A stretch of 46,994 bases of DNA from Candidatus Iainarchaeum sp. (GCA_018304465.1 JAGVWC010000014.1:1-46994); one strand, 5' to 3'. Shown: positions 37,495 through 46,994, counted from the first letter of the stretch. Notes: generated from the sequence alone by a model not told the origin. Made by a program: numbers and translations.

Positions 37495-38622
37495 ATGCAG
37501 GTTCCAAACATTTCCCTTTCCAGCCTGTTACAGGAATTATCCCCCGGGCTTGAAGGCGGCTACCTGAAAAAAATTCAGGCCTTGTCAAAAAACGGTTTTC
37601 GCTTTCGCATCCACGGAAAAGACGGTACCAAAGACCTCGTGGTATTGTCCAACGCCTTGTTTTTTTCAAGCTACAAAATCCCCGCGATCGACGAACACAA
37701 AGGATTCGTGGAATTTCTCCGCAGCCGCATCGAAGGAAAAAAAATCTCGTCGGTTTCCCAACACGGTCACGATCGGATCGTGAAAATCGAATTCAACGAA
37801 TACACGCTTGTCTTCGAACTTTTTGCCACTGGAAACGTGGTGTTGGTGGACCCGCTCGGCGTCACCGCGGGTTGTCTGCACCGCGAAGAATGGAAAGACC
37901 GGAAAACCTGGCCCAAGCATCCGTATCACTATCCGCAATCCAAACCGCTTCCCACCGATCACGATGAAGAAACTTTTTTCGAAACCCTAAAAAAAAGCGA
38001 CAAAACCATCGTGCTTGCGTTGTTGTCCAATTACAATTTGTTTCCGTTGGTGGCCGAAGAAATCGCGCTTTCCTGCGAACTCGAAAAAATTTCTGGTAGT
38101 GCATTAACCAACCCCGATGCGCGACGCTTGTTTGCCGCGTGTCAAAAAATTTTGGGTTCCGCGCCTTCACCTGTGCTTGTGACATGGAAAAACGAGCCGT
38201 TGCTGCTGCCATTCCCGCTTGAACGCGTGTTTGCAAAAGAAAAAATGACGCCTCAGATCCAACCCAATCTAAACGATGGGCTGGACCACTTTTTTGCCCC
38301 GCAATTAGGCGAAACATCCAAGTCCCAGGAAGCCACCACGAACCAATCCAAACAATTGATCGGGCTTGAAAAAAGCCTGGCAGACCTAGACACCGCGCAG
38401 CAAAACCTGGAGAAAAGCGTATTGGAAAACCAGCAAAAAGCCGAACTCTTGTATGGCTACTATAACGAACTCACTGAATTATTCGCCGCGCTCTCCACGG
38501 CGATGGAAAAAAAACTAGACGAAAAAACCGTAAAAACAAAAATTGGGTCGAGCACCCATACATTATCAAAAAAAGTTTTGGAAGTAAATCTCAGGACCAA
38601 AAAAGTAGTCCTGGATTTATAA
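37495..38622 (+). CDS. Rqc2/RqcH (NFACT) family protein, N-terminal half only
   Basis: NFACT-N motifs FVEFLRSRIEG, QHGHDRIVKIEF, LVFELFATGNVVLVD, HPYHYP; HhH region; first coiled coil; ends at 375 aa with no NFACT-R. Confidence 0.85.
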   Translation: MQVPNISLSSLLQELSPGLEGGYLKKIQALSKNGFRFRIHGKDGTKDLVVLSNALFFSSYKIPAIDEHKGFVEFLRSRIEGKKISSVSQHGHDRIVKIEFNEYTLVFELFATGNVVLVDPLGVTAGCLHREEWKDRKTWPKHPYHYPQSKPLPTDHDEETFFETLKKSDKTIVLALLSNYNLFPLVAEEIALSCELEKISGSALTNPDARRLFAACQKILGSAPSPVLVTWKNEPLLLPFPLERVFAKEKMTPQIQPNLNDGLDHFFAPQLGETSKSQEATTNQSKQLIGLEKSLADLDTAQQNLEKSVLENQQKAELLYGYYNELTELFAALSTAMEKKLDEKTVKTKIGSSTHTLSKKVLEVNLRTKKVVLDL

Positions 38623-38634
38623 CATTCCTTTTTT

Positions 38635-38910
38635 TTACTGTGCAATTTCAGGCGCAGTCGCTAATTCGCGTTCGTCCACGATAAAAACGTCGCTTACCGC
38701 AGTGACTGCCGAATAGGGCACCTGGATAATGCGTTCTTTCGGATTCAAACGCTTAATGAGCTTACTGTCGCGGTCTACTTCCACGAGCAAAAATTCGATT
38801 TCCCCGGAGACTTCGTTTACAAGCAAATCAGTCAATTTGCCCACTTCGTCACCGCGGTTCGTGATTACTCGTTTGGTAGCCAATTGTCGCGCAATTGTAT
38901 ACTTATACAT
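38635..38910 (-). CDS. PRC-barrel domain protein (CdpB-like)
   Basis: LATKRVITNRGDEVGKLTDLLVNEVSGEIEFLLV...VPYSAVTAVSDVFIV. Confidence 0.88.
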   Translation of the reverse strand: MYKYTIARQLATKRVITNRGDEVGKLTDLLVNEVSGEIEFLLVEVDRDSKLIKRLNPKERIIQVPYSAVTAVSDVFIVDERELATAPEIAQ

Positions 38911-38955
38911 GAGTTCTCCCTCTTTTGAAAATCTTAAAGAGTAATGTCTTAGCTA

Positions 38956-38970
38956 TTTTTAAAGCTAACG
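38956..38970 (-). promoter_or_regulatory. BRE-TATA promoter element of the PRC-barrel gene, overlapped by inverted repeat TTAGCT...AGCTAA
   Basis: Identical to the 15-mer at 14258-14272. Confidence 0.5.
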
Positions 38971-39134
38971 GCCTTCGCTACATAAAATAGATTTTTGGAA
39001 AAAATAAAAGATTTTTGTACCGGCAAACCGAATACCACTTCTACATAGGACCTTCGTTTCCATTTTTTCCGGCTGCGGCAGTCTTTTAAGGTTTTCACGG
39101 CCCTATCGTATAAACAGTTTATAGGTTTTTTTGA

Positions 39135-40184
39135 ATGCACCCCGTCAAAGAATTTCTTTCCCTTCAAACCATCCGACTGCTGGAAAAACAAGACTACGCT
39201 TTGTTTGGACACTCCGCCGTCAAGATTTGCCACTACACCAAAACCGCTTTGACCGACAAGGGAACCTGTTATAAACAAAAATTCTACGGAATTCAGAGCC
39301 ATCAATGCATTCAAATGTCACCGGCCTCGAGTTTTTGTGATCAAAAATGCGCTTACTGCTGGCGACCCACTCAAACCTTTAAACCCACCTTCAAAAAAGA
39401 AGACGGTGTTGTCGCGGACCTATCCCACGTGGACGCGCCAAACGAAATCGTGGAAGAATCCATCAACGCGCAACGAAAACAACTCTCGGGTTTTGGCGGG
39501 CACCCGGCCAAAAACGAAGTCAAGTTCGAACAATCGAAAACCCCCCGGCACGTCGCGATTTCCTTGACCGGCGAACCCACGTTGTACCCGCGTCTCCCCG
39601 AACTCATTGGCGAGTACCACAAAAAAGGAATCTCCACGTTCGTAGTGTCCAACGGGTTGCATCCTGAAATGATCGAACAACTCATCGATCATCCGCCCAC
39701 GCAATTGTATTTGTCGGTGGACACGCCGGTGGAAGACATTCACCTCAAACTCAACAAACCCGACTTCAAAGGGTCTTTCGAAAAACTGCACCAAAGCGTG
39801 GCGTTACTTAAAAAAATTCCCACGCGCACCGTGGTCCGAATCACGGTCGTCAAAGGATTTAACGACAATCACCCAAAAGAATTCGCCGACTTTGCGCTGT
39901 TGGGCAACCCCGATTTTGTCGAAGTCAAATCCTACATGCATGTGGGGTTCTCGCAATACCGGTTAAAAGCCGAAAACATGATGCCGTGGGAAGAACTCAT
40001 CGCCTTTGCGGAGCAAATCGCCCACCACATGGGCTACGCCCTCAAGCTCCAAGACAAAGGCGCCTTGGTATGCCTATTGGTCCGACCCGACTGGAAAAAC
40101 AAATCCACGATCATCAATTTCAAACGGTTGTTTCCCGAAGCATACTTCGAAAAACCCAAAAAAGAAAAGAAAACGAATGGTTAA
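39135..40184 (+). CDS. taw1: 4-demethylwyosine synthase (radical SAM, Taw1/TYW1)
   Basis: HSAVKICHY, CYKQKFYGIQSHQCIQM, CDQKCAYCWR (CxxxCxxC), AISLTGEPTLYP, VEVKSYMHVGFS. Confidence 0.95.
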   Translation: MHPVKEFLSLQTIRLLEKQDYALFGHSAVKICHYTKTALTDKGTCYKQKFYGIQSHQCIQMSPASSFCDQKCAYCWRPTQTFKPTFKKEDGVVADLSHVDAPNEIVEESINAQRKQLSGFGGHPAKNEVKFEQSKTPRHVAISLTGEPTLYPRLPELIGEYHKKGISTFVVSNGLHPEMIEQLIDHPPTQLYLSVDTPVEDIHLKLNKPDFKGSFEKLHQSVALLKKIPTRTVVRITVVKGFNDNHPKEFADFALLGNPDFVEVKSYMHVGFSQYRLKAENMMPWEELIAFAEQIAHHMGYALKLQDKGALVCLLVRPDWKNKSTIINFKRLFPEAYFEKPKKEKKTNG

Positions 40185-43100
40185 ACCGCGGATCGAATCC
40201 GTTCCAGTTTCACCCGTGTTCGTTCTTTGGGCTCTTCCTTCTTTTTTTTCCGCCGAAACAAAAGCCATACGCCCACCGCGATCACCAGCGGGATGCCAAA
40301 CACCGGAACATCGGCTCCCAAAAAAGTCAACCCCGCTCCGATGCCGTTTGATGATCTTACTTCTTTTGCCGCAAGAATCGACTTGGCATACTCTTGTCGA
40401 TCAAAAAAATCCTTGCTTTTTTTCAGCAAAGAAACGCTTTCGTTGTCCGTTGCCGCCCGCTGCTTTGCTTTGATCAACTCGGCAAGCGCAAGATCTCGAA
40501 ACGAATTCACATCGAATTCCGTTTCCTTTGAGACCCGCTCCAATTCCGTGGATGCCGTCAAAACATTCGGTTCTTCTTCCAAACCCAGCAGTCCATCCGC
40601 GTATCGATTGGAATCAAACAACGTTCGTATCTCCGTTGCGTTTTGCTTGATTTTTTCGGTGGCCACCTGGTCTATCCGCGCGCTTAATCCCGCGATGGAC
40701 TGGCGCGAAAAACCAAGAACGATTCCCGTTTCCCGGATTTTTTGTTCTTCTGAGGCGGAAAGAATCCGGTTCAAAAAAGCCAACCTGGATTTCATTTCTT
40801 TTAGGTTGAACTCGCTTAAACGATCCAATTCCTCCAACAACCCCCGTTTTTTTTCGAAAACCGCTTCGTTTAACCGATTACTCCCCAAAGCCGCCTGTTC
40901 TTTGACGCGCTCCAACTCAAAAAAAGCGTCTCCGTAATTTCTTTCATACACGGCTTCGTCAAAACCGCTCCAATCCAAGGCCTTTTCGCTTGGTTTTAAC
41001 TTTTCTTTTGCCAACAGATCCTGGGTTTTGTTCCACGCGTCACTCACGGTTTTTTTTCCGTTCATTAATTCTTTTTCAAGTTCCGGAATCGCGGCGATTA
41101 ACGATTCGTTTGCCTTGATCAACACTTCCATTGCCCCTGGGAAATTTTTTTGGGTTGCCAATTGGTGGGCGCGCGAAATCAAGATTGGAACCGATTCGAT
41201 TCTGCGATCGACTTCAACCGCATAGTTTCCTTTTCCGATTTTTCGAAGACTAACCGACTCCGCTTTTTTTTCTTCTTTTTTTCGCTCCAAATTCGAAAGC
41301 AACAACTCGAACTCGGAAATTCCTTTTTGTTCGGATTGCGCCCGAGAAATCAAAGCCGCGACTTTGGGTTCCATCGAAAGAATCCTTTCCCGACCGCTTT
41401 GGTTATCCACCGAAAGCCCCAATAATTCGCCCAACAGCAGTTTTGCCTCCGTTGAATCCGCGGACAATTCCTCCAGTTCTTTTCTAAGACGGTCTTTTTC
41501 ACCTAACGCAAATAACCGCTCGTCGGGAACCGACAACTCGATGGAAAACAACACCGTCTGAAACGGCGCGATTTCTTTTAAACGAACCCGAAACGATTCA
41601 GGTTCCATCTGAAGGGGAATTTCATGGTTTTTTTGGTCAAAAACCCGAATCTGGTCCGCGGCTTGCGGGCGTTTCCACGAAAGCCACAATTCCGGGATCG
41701 TTTTGTCCAGTCGGTTTCGAATCGAAACGGTTTTGGTGACTAGTCCCGGGCTTTCACGGACATGTTCGTTTTCAATGATCGGGCTTCGAAGCGAGTAATA
41801 TATCTGCGCCTGCTGGTGTTTTTCTCCCGGAATAAAAAACAACACATTGGAATCCGAAACGGAATAATCAACGGCAACGGATCCGACCAACACCAACACT
41901 TCTTCGATCCTCACTTCTTTGGGTGCAAGCCGAACAGAAATTAAAAGCGACGGCGCTTTGACGGGGCTTTCAACCCGAATGGTTCGCAAAAGCATCGCGG
42001 TTTCCCGGTGCGCTCCAATCCATTCTTCCGTTTCGGAAAAAGAAACAAAAAAACGCGTTCGAATTCGAATGATCGTTTCCCTCGGCGCGGTTTGTGAAAA
42101 AACCACTTCGATCCCGTTGTTTTTTTCGATAACGGTCGAAACGGGAAACGAAAACGATTCGACGTCAACGTCACGGCCGATGTTTCCGACAAAAACCCGG
42201 AATTCTTCCTCAAAAAGCGTTTCGCCGGGACTCGGAAAAACGATCTCCGCTTCCACGAATTCGTTCGAATGAAGGTCGATGACGGCGTTTTCCGTGGGAC
42301 GAATCACCGCGGTCCCCTCGAAAAAAGCGACAATCGCATCGGCATATTGCCGGTGAATCAATTCCTCGAGTGTGTCCATTTTTTTTTCGAGTTCTCCAAA
42401 CGAAGGAATCTTGCCCGACAAAACGAGTTTTTCATTTCGGAAAAAAGCCGCGATTTCACCGAACTTTTTCTCGACATCCCGATCCGCTTGCGGTTGCCCC
42501 CCTGCTTTGGTCATTTCCTCGATTTCCCGCAGTTGTCTTTTCATTTTCCCGAATCTTTCTTCAATTTTTTTGGTCTTCGGATGATGGGTCACCAGAAAAA
42601 CCGATTGTTTCCACACGTTTTCGCAATTTTCAAGGGTTTCAACGGAATTGTTTGCGCTGGACAACTCCAAAAACAACCGATACGCCGGCAATGCGGATTC
42701 CAACGCCTCGTTTTTAGTGTCAAACAATTCGGTTAGCCGCAACCGGCATTCGCCGGTCTTGTTTTCGAATTCCAGCAAAGCGGTTTGGAGGTCCTGTTCC
42801 GCTTTTTCAAGCAACACCTCCGCGTCCAGCGTTTCCTTGCAGAAAAAAAGTTTTCGCGGGATTTGTTTTTCATCCGAAAACTTTTCCGTTAAAAAAAACA
42901 ACCGCGCCTTGATTCCTTCGATCAAAGGCGCATCCCACTCCACAGTTTTCTTTTTTTCACGGACGCTTTTGACGTGTTCTTCACAGGCGTTCAATAATCC
43001 GTCTTTCATTTCCGAATCGAGAAAAAAAACGTTTTCTTCCAATGCCTTGGTCAACAACAAAATTTTCTTCCATCCATCCAGTTGTTCTCCAAGCGACGCG

Positions 43101-44275
43101 GTATGCGCCACCCGTTGTTTCTTCAACTCAGAAGCTTTTTTTTCCAGTTCCAAAACCCGGATCGAAAATTTTTCTTTTCCGTCCGAAAACGCGGTCACCG
43201 AATACCACCCGACTTCGGCGGATTGGGCCGCGTTCACCCGCTCGGCCAGTTCTTGCCAGCCGTTCTCGTCCCATGCCTCGAATTCGGAAAAATCCAGCGC
43301 GTTAATCCTGGATTTTATTTCCGAAATTTTTTCCATCGCTTCTGCTTCCAGCCGCGCGGAATTTTTTCGGCTTTCTTTTTCCTTTTCATTCACCGTGGAA
43401 ACCAATGCAAAAAACTCGCTGGCTACCGAATCGTGCGCTCCGGCCGTTTCCGAGATCGCTTCGAAAAAATCAAACGCGGGAATCGTCGAAAGAACCGAAA
43501 GCGCATTTCCCTGTTTTTCCTCTTCGGATAATTTGTTCGAAAACGATTTGAAAAACCCCCAAAAAGACGGCAGTACCACCGAAACCGGTTGTGGCGCGTT
43601 TTCAACGAAAACCCGTTCCGGCACCAGATCCCACACGCTTGTGCTTGAAACAAACGCCTCTCCAAACCCGCTTTTTCGGGCAATCCTGGAAAGCTTTTCT
43701 CTTACGGCCGAAATTTTCATCGCAAGACCCGTGCGGGAAGCAACCACCGGAATCGATAATTCTTCAAGATTCGACGAAAGCAGCACCCAGGCTTCGAACG
43801 CGGGTTCTTCTTTGGCCTGGTTCACGTCTTCAAAATCCAGTTGCCGCAATTCGATCGACATGAACGCAACGGCTTGTTCGTTCGCCTTTTCAAGGGTCTT
43901 TAATCCTTCCGATAAATCTGAACGGGCGCGGTTGACATGGTCCGGTAAAATTGAAAGCGACGCGGTTCCAAAACACGTTTTTCGGATAAAATCGATTTCT
44001 TGATTCGCTCGATTGAAAAAAAACCAGCTTCGCCCAAGCACCGACTTGTATTCAAACAACGCCTGGCGGCCTTCAAAAGACAATCCGTCCGACTCGGTTG
44101 CAAAAACCGATTCGACTTTCGAAAAACAATCGTTTGGAGAAACGCATTCCGGAACATCCAGATACGAACCCGTGCTTATTCGGGCGCACGCCATTCGCGC
44201 TTCGAATTCTTGTTCCGCCGAAAGACACCCGAACAGCAAAAAACACAGAATGATTCCTGCAAAAAACCGTTTCAT
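40181..44275 (-). CDS. Large membrane-anchored surface protein (1364 aa)
   Basis: Signal peptide MKRFFAGIILCFLLFGCLSA; helical Cys-containing regions flanking a beta-rich middle; C-terminal TM segment followed by RRKKKK. Confidence 0.85.
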   Translation of the reverse strand: MKRFFAGIILCFLLFGCLSAEQEFEARMACARISTGSYLDVPECVSPNDCFSKVESVFATESDGLSFEGRQALFEYKSVLGRSWFFFNRANQEIDFIRKTCFGTASLSILPDHVNRARSDLSEGLKTLEKANEQAVAFMSIELRQLDFEDVNQAKEEPAFEAWVLLSSNLEELSIPVVASRTGLAMKISAVREKLSRIARKSGFGEAFVSSTSVWDLVPERVFVENAPQPVSVVLPSFWGFFKSFSNKLSEEEKQGNALSVLSTIPAFDFFEAISETAGAHDSVASEFFALVSTVNEKEKESRKNSARLEAEAMEKISEIKSRINALDFSEFEAWDENGWQELAERVNAAQSAEVGWYSVTAFSDGKEKFSIRVLELEKKASELKKQRVAHTASLGEQLDGWKKILLLTKALEENVFFLDSEMKDGLLNACEEHVKSVREKKKTVEWDAPLIEGIKARLFFLTEKFSDEKQIPRKLFFCKETLDAEVLLEKAEQDLQTALLEFENKTGECRLRLTELFDTKNEALESALPAYRLFLELSSANNSVETLENCENVWKQSVFLVTHHPKTKKIEERFGKMKRQLREIEEMTKAGGQPQADRDVEKKFGEIAAFFRNEKLVLSGKIPSFGELEKKMDTLEELIHRQYADAIVAFFEGTAVIRPTENAVIDLHSNEFVEAEIVFPSPGETLFEEEFRVFVGNIGRDVDVESFSFPVSTVIEKNNGIEVVFSQTAPRETIIRIRTRFFVSFSETEEWIGAHRETAMLLRTIRVESPVKAPSLLISVRLAPKEVRIEEVLVLVGSVAVDYSVSDSNVLFFIPGEKHQQAQIYYSLRSPIIENEHVRESPGLVTKTVSIRNRLDKTIPELWLSWKRPQAADQIRVFDQKNHEIPLQMEPESFRVRLKEIAPFQTVLFSIELSVPDERLFALGEKDRLRKELEELSADSTEAKLLLGELLGLSVDNQSGRERILSMEPKVAALISRAQSEQKGISEFELLLSNLERKKEEKKAESVSLRKIGKGNYAVEVDRRIESVPILISRAHQLATQKNFPGAMEVLIKANESLIAAIPELEKELMNGKKTVSDAWNKTQDLLAKEKLKPSEKALDWSGFDEAVYERNYGDAFFELERVKEQAALGSNRLNEAVFEKKRGLLEELDRLSEFNLKEMKSRLAFLNRILSASEEQKIRETGIVLGFSRQSIAGLSARIDQVATEKIKQNATEIRTLFDSNRYADGLLGLEEEPNVLTASTELERVSKETEFDVNSFRDLALAELIKAKQRAATDNESVSLLKKSKDFFDRQEYAKSILAAKEVRSSNGIGAGLTFLGADVPVFGIPLVIAVGVWLLFRRKKKKEEPKERTRVKLERIRSAV

Positions 44276-44349
44276 TTGTCATTCGAGCACAAATAGAAAT
44301 AAATCCGAATGATTTTTTCGGCGATAAACGCAATCCGGGCTTTGGGGCC

Positions 44350-44619
44350 TTACGGGCCATTATTTTGGTCTTTTTGCTGCAAGTCCGCGTAACACTGCTG
44401 GATTTCCTGATTTAACAGTTTTTTCGAGGAAAGACACTCGTTTAATCCGCCGGTGAGTCCCTGGTTGAAAAGCGGTTCGACGATTTGGTGCTGAACAAAC
44501 AACCCCACGATCACGCCGAAAACAAAAAGAAAAATCATGAAAATGCGGCTTGGCGTAAAAAAGCCTCCCGCGCCTTTTCGCGCGGCTTGTTCCAGATTTC
44601 CTTCGCCGTCATCTTCCAT
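44350..44619 (-). CDS. Small single-TM protein with a C-terminal coiled coil
   Basis: TM segment IFMIFLFVFGVIVGLFV followed by LNECLSSKKLLNQEIQQCYADL. Confidence 0.7.
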   Translation of the reverse strand: MEDDGEGNLEQAARKGAGGFFTPSRIFMIFLFVFGVIVGLFVQHQIVEPLFNQGLTGGLNECLSSKKLLNQEIQQCYADLQQKDQNNGP

Positions 44620-44646
44620 ACTGGATGGTCAACCGCCTTTTGGGTT

Positions 44647-45849
44647 TTATACTTTTCGGAAATGATAATACAAAAACACCAATACCGCGGTGAACACCAG
44701 GACGACGCCGGCCACCAATTCGGTTTGAAGCGGCTGTTCTTCCACGCGCAACGACGTGGGAGCGCACTCGGCTTGACGCATATTCGAATCCTGATACGTC
44801 AATTTACACCCGATTTCGTATCGTCCGACGGTCTTGGCCGACACCCGCAATTGAATTGTCTTGCTTTCCCCGGCTTTTAACAACGGAATCACTCGGGTGG
44901 TTCCGGGATCAAACAACAAATCCGCGTTTTCGTCTAATGCCACTCCGACATTGAACAAATCATTCAAACCGTCGTTTTGGATTACCAATTGCAAGGCGAC
45001 GTCTTGCAGCGGAAAAATGTTTTTTTCGCTGCTTTTGTTGAATACGAATCCTTTTATAGTAATTTCGGGGTCGCCGATCATGATTAAGGGGTAATTCGAA
45101 ACCAACGTGGTTTCTTCGCCGAAAATAGTGGTATACGTTACGACCGCGGCCGGAATCGTCACCATTCCGGAACGCGTGGATTTCCCGATATACGAAAACG
45201 TCACGGTTTCATTCGGTTGAATGGTTCCCACATACTGGGTCTGGCCTTTCACGTAAAGAATCGAATCGTAGGGCACGTACGGTTTCTTGTAGAATACGTT
45301 GATGTCCACGGGTTCGCTGCCCGAGTTATGCAGCGAAATCGTAATCGAAAACTCGTCTCCCACCAGCGGCGAGTAATCCACCAGGGTTTTCACAAAATCG
45401 TTTTCATTGAAAACGGGTTTCTTATACACTCCAAACAAGGAAGAATCCTTGATGACAATGCTGGTGGTCGAATCGGATGTCTGCGCGCAAATCGACACGA
45501 AATTATCCGGTTTCGCGGTCTGGGCATTCAAATCCAGGTGATACCAGCCATTCTTGAAACCGCTGGTCGGAATCACGATTCCGTTTTCGTCTTCGTTGAT
45601 CGTCACGACGACATTGGCGTCCTGGCTTGCGGTGGGCGCGAAATCCGCGTTAATCAACAAAATCGGGTAATTGCCCGGAATCAAATGGTTTTGATCGATC
45701 GAAAACTGGTAATCCATACATTCGGACATGCGCGCGGCATCCAACGAAAAACCGTCTTGTCCTGACTCCGCAAAAGAACGTTCGCTAACGGTTGCGCCGA
45801 ACACGCTTCCGCAAATCAACAACAAACTCAAAATCAATGCTTTATTCAT
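44647..45849 (-). CDS. Secreted Ig-fold (BatD/CARDB-like) membrane-anchored protein
   Basis: Signal peptide; VGDEFSITISLHNSGS, IPAAVVTY, LVIQNDG...LKAGESKTI; C-terminal TM segment. Confidence 0.8.
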   Translation of the reverse strand: MNKALILSLLLICGSVFGATVSERSFAESGQDGFSLDAARMSECMDYQFSIDQNHLIPGNYPILLINADFAPTASQDANVVVTINEDENGIVIPTSGFKNGWYHLDLNAQTAKPDNFVSICAQTSDSTTSIVIKDSSLFGVYKKPVFNENDFVKTLVDYSPLVGDEFSITISLHNSGSEPVDINVFYKKPYVPYDSILYVKGQTQYVGTIQPNETVTFSYIGKSTRSGMVTIPAAVVTYTTIFGEETTLVSNYPLIMIGDPEITIKGFVFNKSSEKNIFPLQDVALQLVIQNDGLNDLFNVGVALDENADLLFDPGTTRVIPLLKAGESKTIQLRVSAKTVGRYEIGCKLTYQDSNMRQAECAPTSLRVEEQPLQTELVAGVVLVFTAVLVFLYYHFRKV

Positions 45850-46340
45850 AGTTTCAACCCTACCGTCTTCAGTTTTTGTATTATTAATGACATGGTTTCT
45901 TTTAATTCTTTGTCGTTTTTAACCTCGAAAACGCGTTCTCCGTAATTTCTTTTCGCGTATTTGAGACAATAATCGATTCCTTCGACCAGCACGTTTTCCT
46001 GTATCTTGACGTCGGAATACTTGCGTTCCGACAACCGAAAGTCAAGCCGGTCCGGATCCAACCGCAACACGATCACCGCGTCCACGGGACGCAGTTTGCA
46101 TTCGCACGACAAATGACCTTCGACAATCACGTGGTCGTTTTCCTTCAAAAATTTGGACAATTCTTTGGTTAACCGTCCCAACGGAACCTCGCGTTCCTTT
46201 AACCTGGGATTAAACCTTCCGATCCGGCGTTTTTCACAAAAATCTTTTTCCGACACCACGACGAATTTGAGGCGTTGCCCCAATTTTGCCGCTATCGTCG
46301 ACTTGCCGACTCCCGGCGTACCCGTAATCACGATGCGCAT
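45846..46340 (-). CDS. Adenylate kinase AK6/Fap7-type NMP kinase
   Basis: ITGTPGVGKST, IVEGH, VIVLR...RLSERKYSDVKIQENV. Confidence 0.88.
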   Translation of the reverse strand: MRIVITGTPGVGKSTIAAKLGQRLKFVVVSEKDFCEKRRIGRFNPRLKEREVPLGRLTKELSKFLKENDHVIVEGHLSCECKLRPVDAVIVLRLDPDRLDFRLSERKYSDVKIQENVLVEGIDYCLKYAKRNYGERVFEVKNDKELKETMSLIIQKLKTVGLKL

Positions 46341-46385
46341 AGCAAAAGCTAAAACAAAACAAAATAAAAACAGAAGAAAAAGCGT

Positions 46386-46517
46386 TTACGGGTGCATGAA
46401 ATCCGTTCCGCCAAACGCCAACGCGTAATCCGGCAGACGAATACCGCCGCTCTCAAGGGTTTTGCACAAATTCACAACATGGGTGTCTACTTTGGAGGAT
46501 TTCTTGGAAGCTGCCAA
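46386..46517 (-). CDS. Putative 43-aa small protein
   Basis: Strong SD GAGGTGA a few nt before TTG 46517 (alternative ATG 46523); T-rich tract after the stop. Confidence 0.5.
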   Translation of the reverse strand: MAASKKSSKVDTHVVNLCKTLESGGIRLPDYALAFGGTDFMHP

Positions 46518-46657
46518 GCACATCACCTCGGCCAAGAACAAACAATTGAACTGGTATAAAAAGATTTCTTCTACGAGGGAAAAAAACGATTTTTTGCGCA
46601 TTTTCGGGCCAAAAAGAATCGAAAACTTGTTTTTTTTTTGTTTCATCCGATTTTTTC

Positions 46658-46994
46658 TTACGTCAAACGGATGGAATCCAAGTTGTGCGGCGCACTGGCG
46701 TTAATGTGAAATTTGCTTTGTACAAATTTGGAAAACTCGATGGTTTTATGCTTGTTTCCGTGATTCACGAGCACGCGCTTGGGTTTTGGACGCAGGTTTC
46801 GCAAATAATTCACGAGTTGGCTGCGGTCCGAGTGACCAGAAAAACCTTCAATGCTTTCAATGCGCATGTTGATGTGCAAATTTTTAGTACGGCCATTTTC
46901 GCCCGTAATCGGAATTTCCTTGACATTGTTTTGCAGTTTTCGGCCCAAGCTTCCTTCGCCCTGGTAACCGACGAAAATCAAGGTGTTGCGCGGA
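46658..46994 (-). CDS. fttA: Beta-CASP ribonuclease aCPSF1/FttA, C-terminal part (5' end outside the window)
   Basis: LIFVGYQGEGSLGRKLQ, EGFSGHSDRSQL, PKRVLVNHG, APHNLDSIRL. Confidence 0.88.
   Translation of the reverse strand, partial: PRNTLIFVGYQGEGSLGRKLQNNVKEIPITGENGRTKNLHINMRIESIEGFSGHSDRSQLVNYLRNLRPKPKRVLVNHGNKHKTIEFSKFVQSKFHINASAPHNLDSIRLT

Noticed and set aside
42648-44003. 451-aa plus-strand ORF (also 40227-40937)
   Set aside because: Ser/Phe-rich mirror of the Glu/Lys-rich minus-strand gene; antisense shadow.
1-46994. CRISPR arrays, tRNA/rRNA genes, IS elements, diversity-generating retroelement, alternative genetic code
   Set aside because: By eye I found no repeat-spacer array, cloverleaf, transposase, reverse transcriptase or TR/VR pair, and no in-frame stops in conserved genes. 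tRNAscan-SE, Infernal and a self-dotplot would be needed to exclude them formally.

Overview
An archaeal chromosomal window. TATA/BRE promoters, many apparently leaderless genes, aCPSF1, Taw1, a RecJ-like DHH nuclease, archaeal PGK and class III signal peptides all point to Archaea; gene content suggests a DPANN lineage such as Diapherotrites/Iainarchaeota (inference, not a database result). The core is a ~17 kb minus-strand type IV pilus-like locus (12145-29522). It holds six class III signal-peptide proteins, including a 1478-aa adhesin whose VWA domain is split by an ~800-aa insert. It also encodes a disordered wHTH protein, a VirB11/CpaF ATPase interrupted in Walker A by a 677-aa LAGLIDADG intein with about three HTH motifs, two TadB/TadC-like platform proteins, and a KaiC-like ATPase paired with an inactive RecA-fold partner. 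Flanking it are large secreted or surface proteins, sugar and gluconeogenesis genes (ppsA, PfkB kinase, PMM/PGM, gap, pgk), coaE, an N-terminal-half Rqc2, a PRC-barrel protein, taw1 and an AK6-type kinase. Three genes have frame-breaking lesions: an exact 13-bp tandem duplication in a repeat surface protein, a deleted conserved block in gap, and a break near the start of a polyprenyl synthase. These may be real or assembly errors. No rRNA, tRNA, CRISPR array or transposase was seen.
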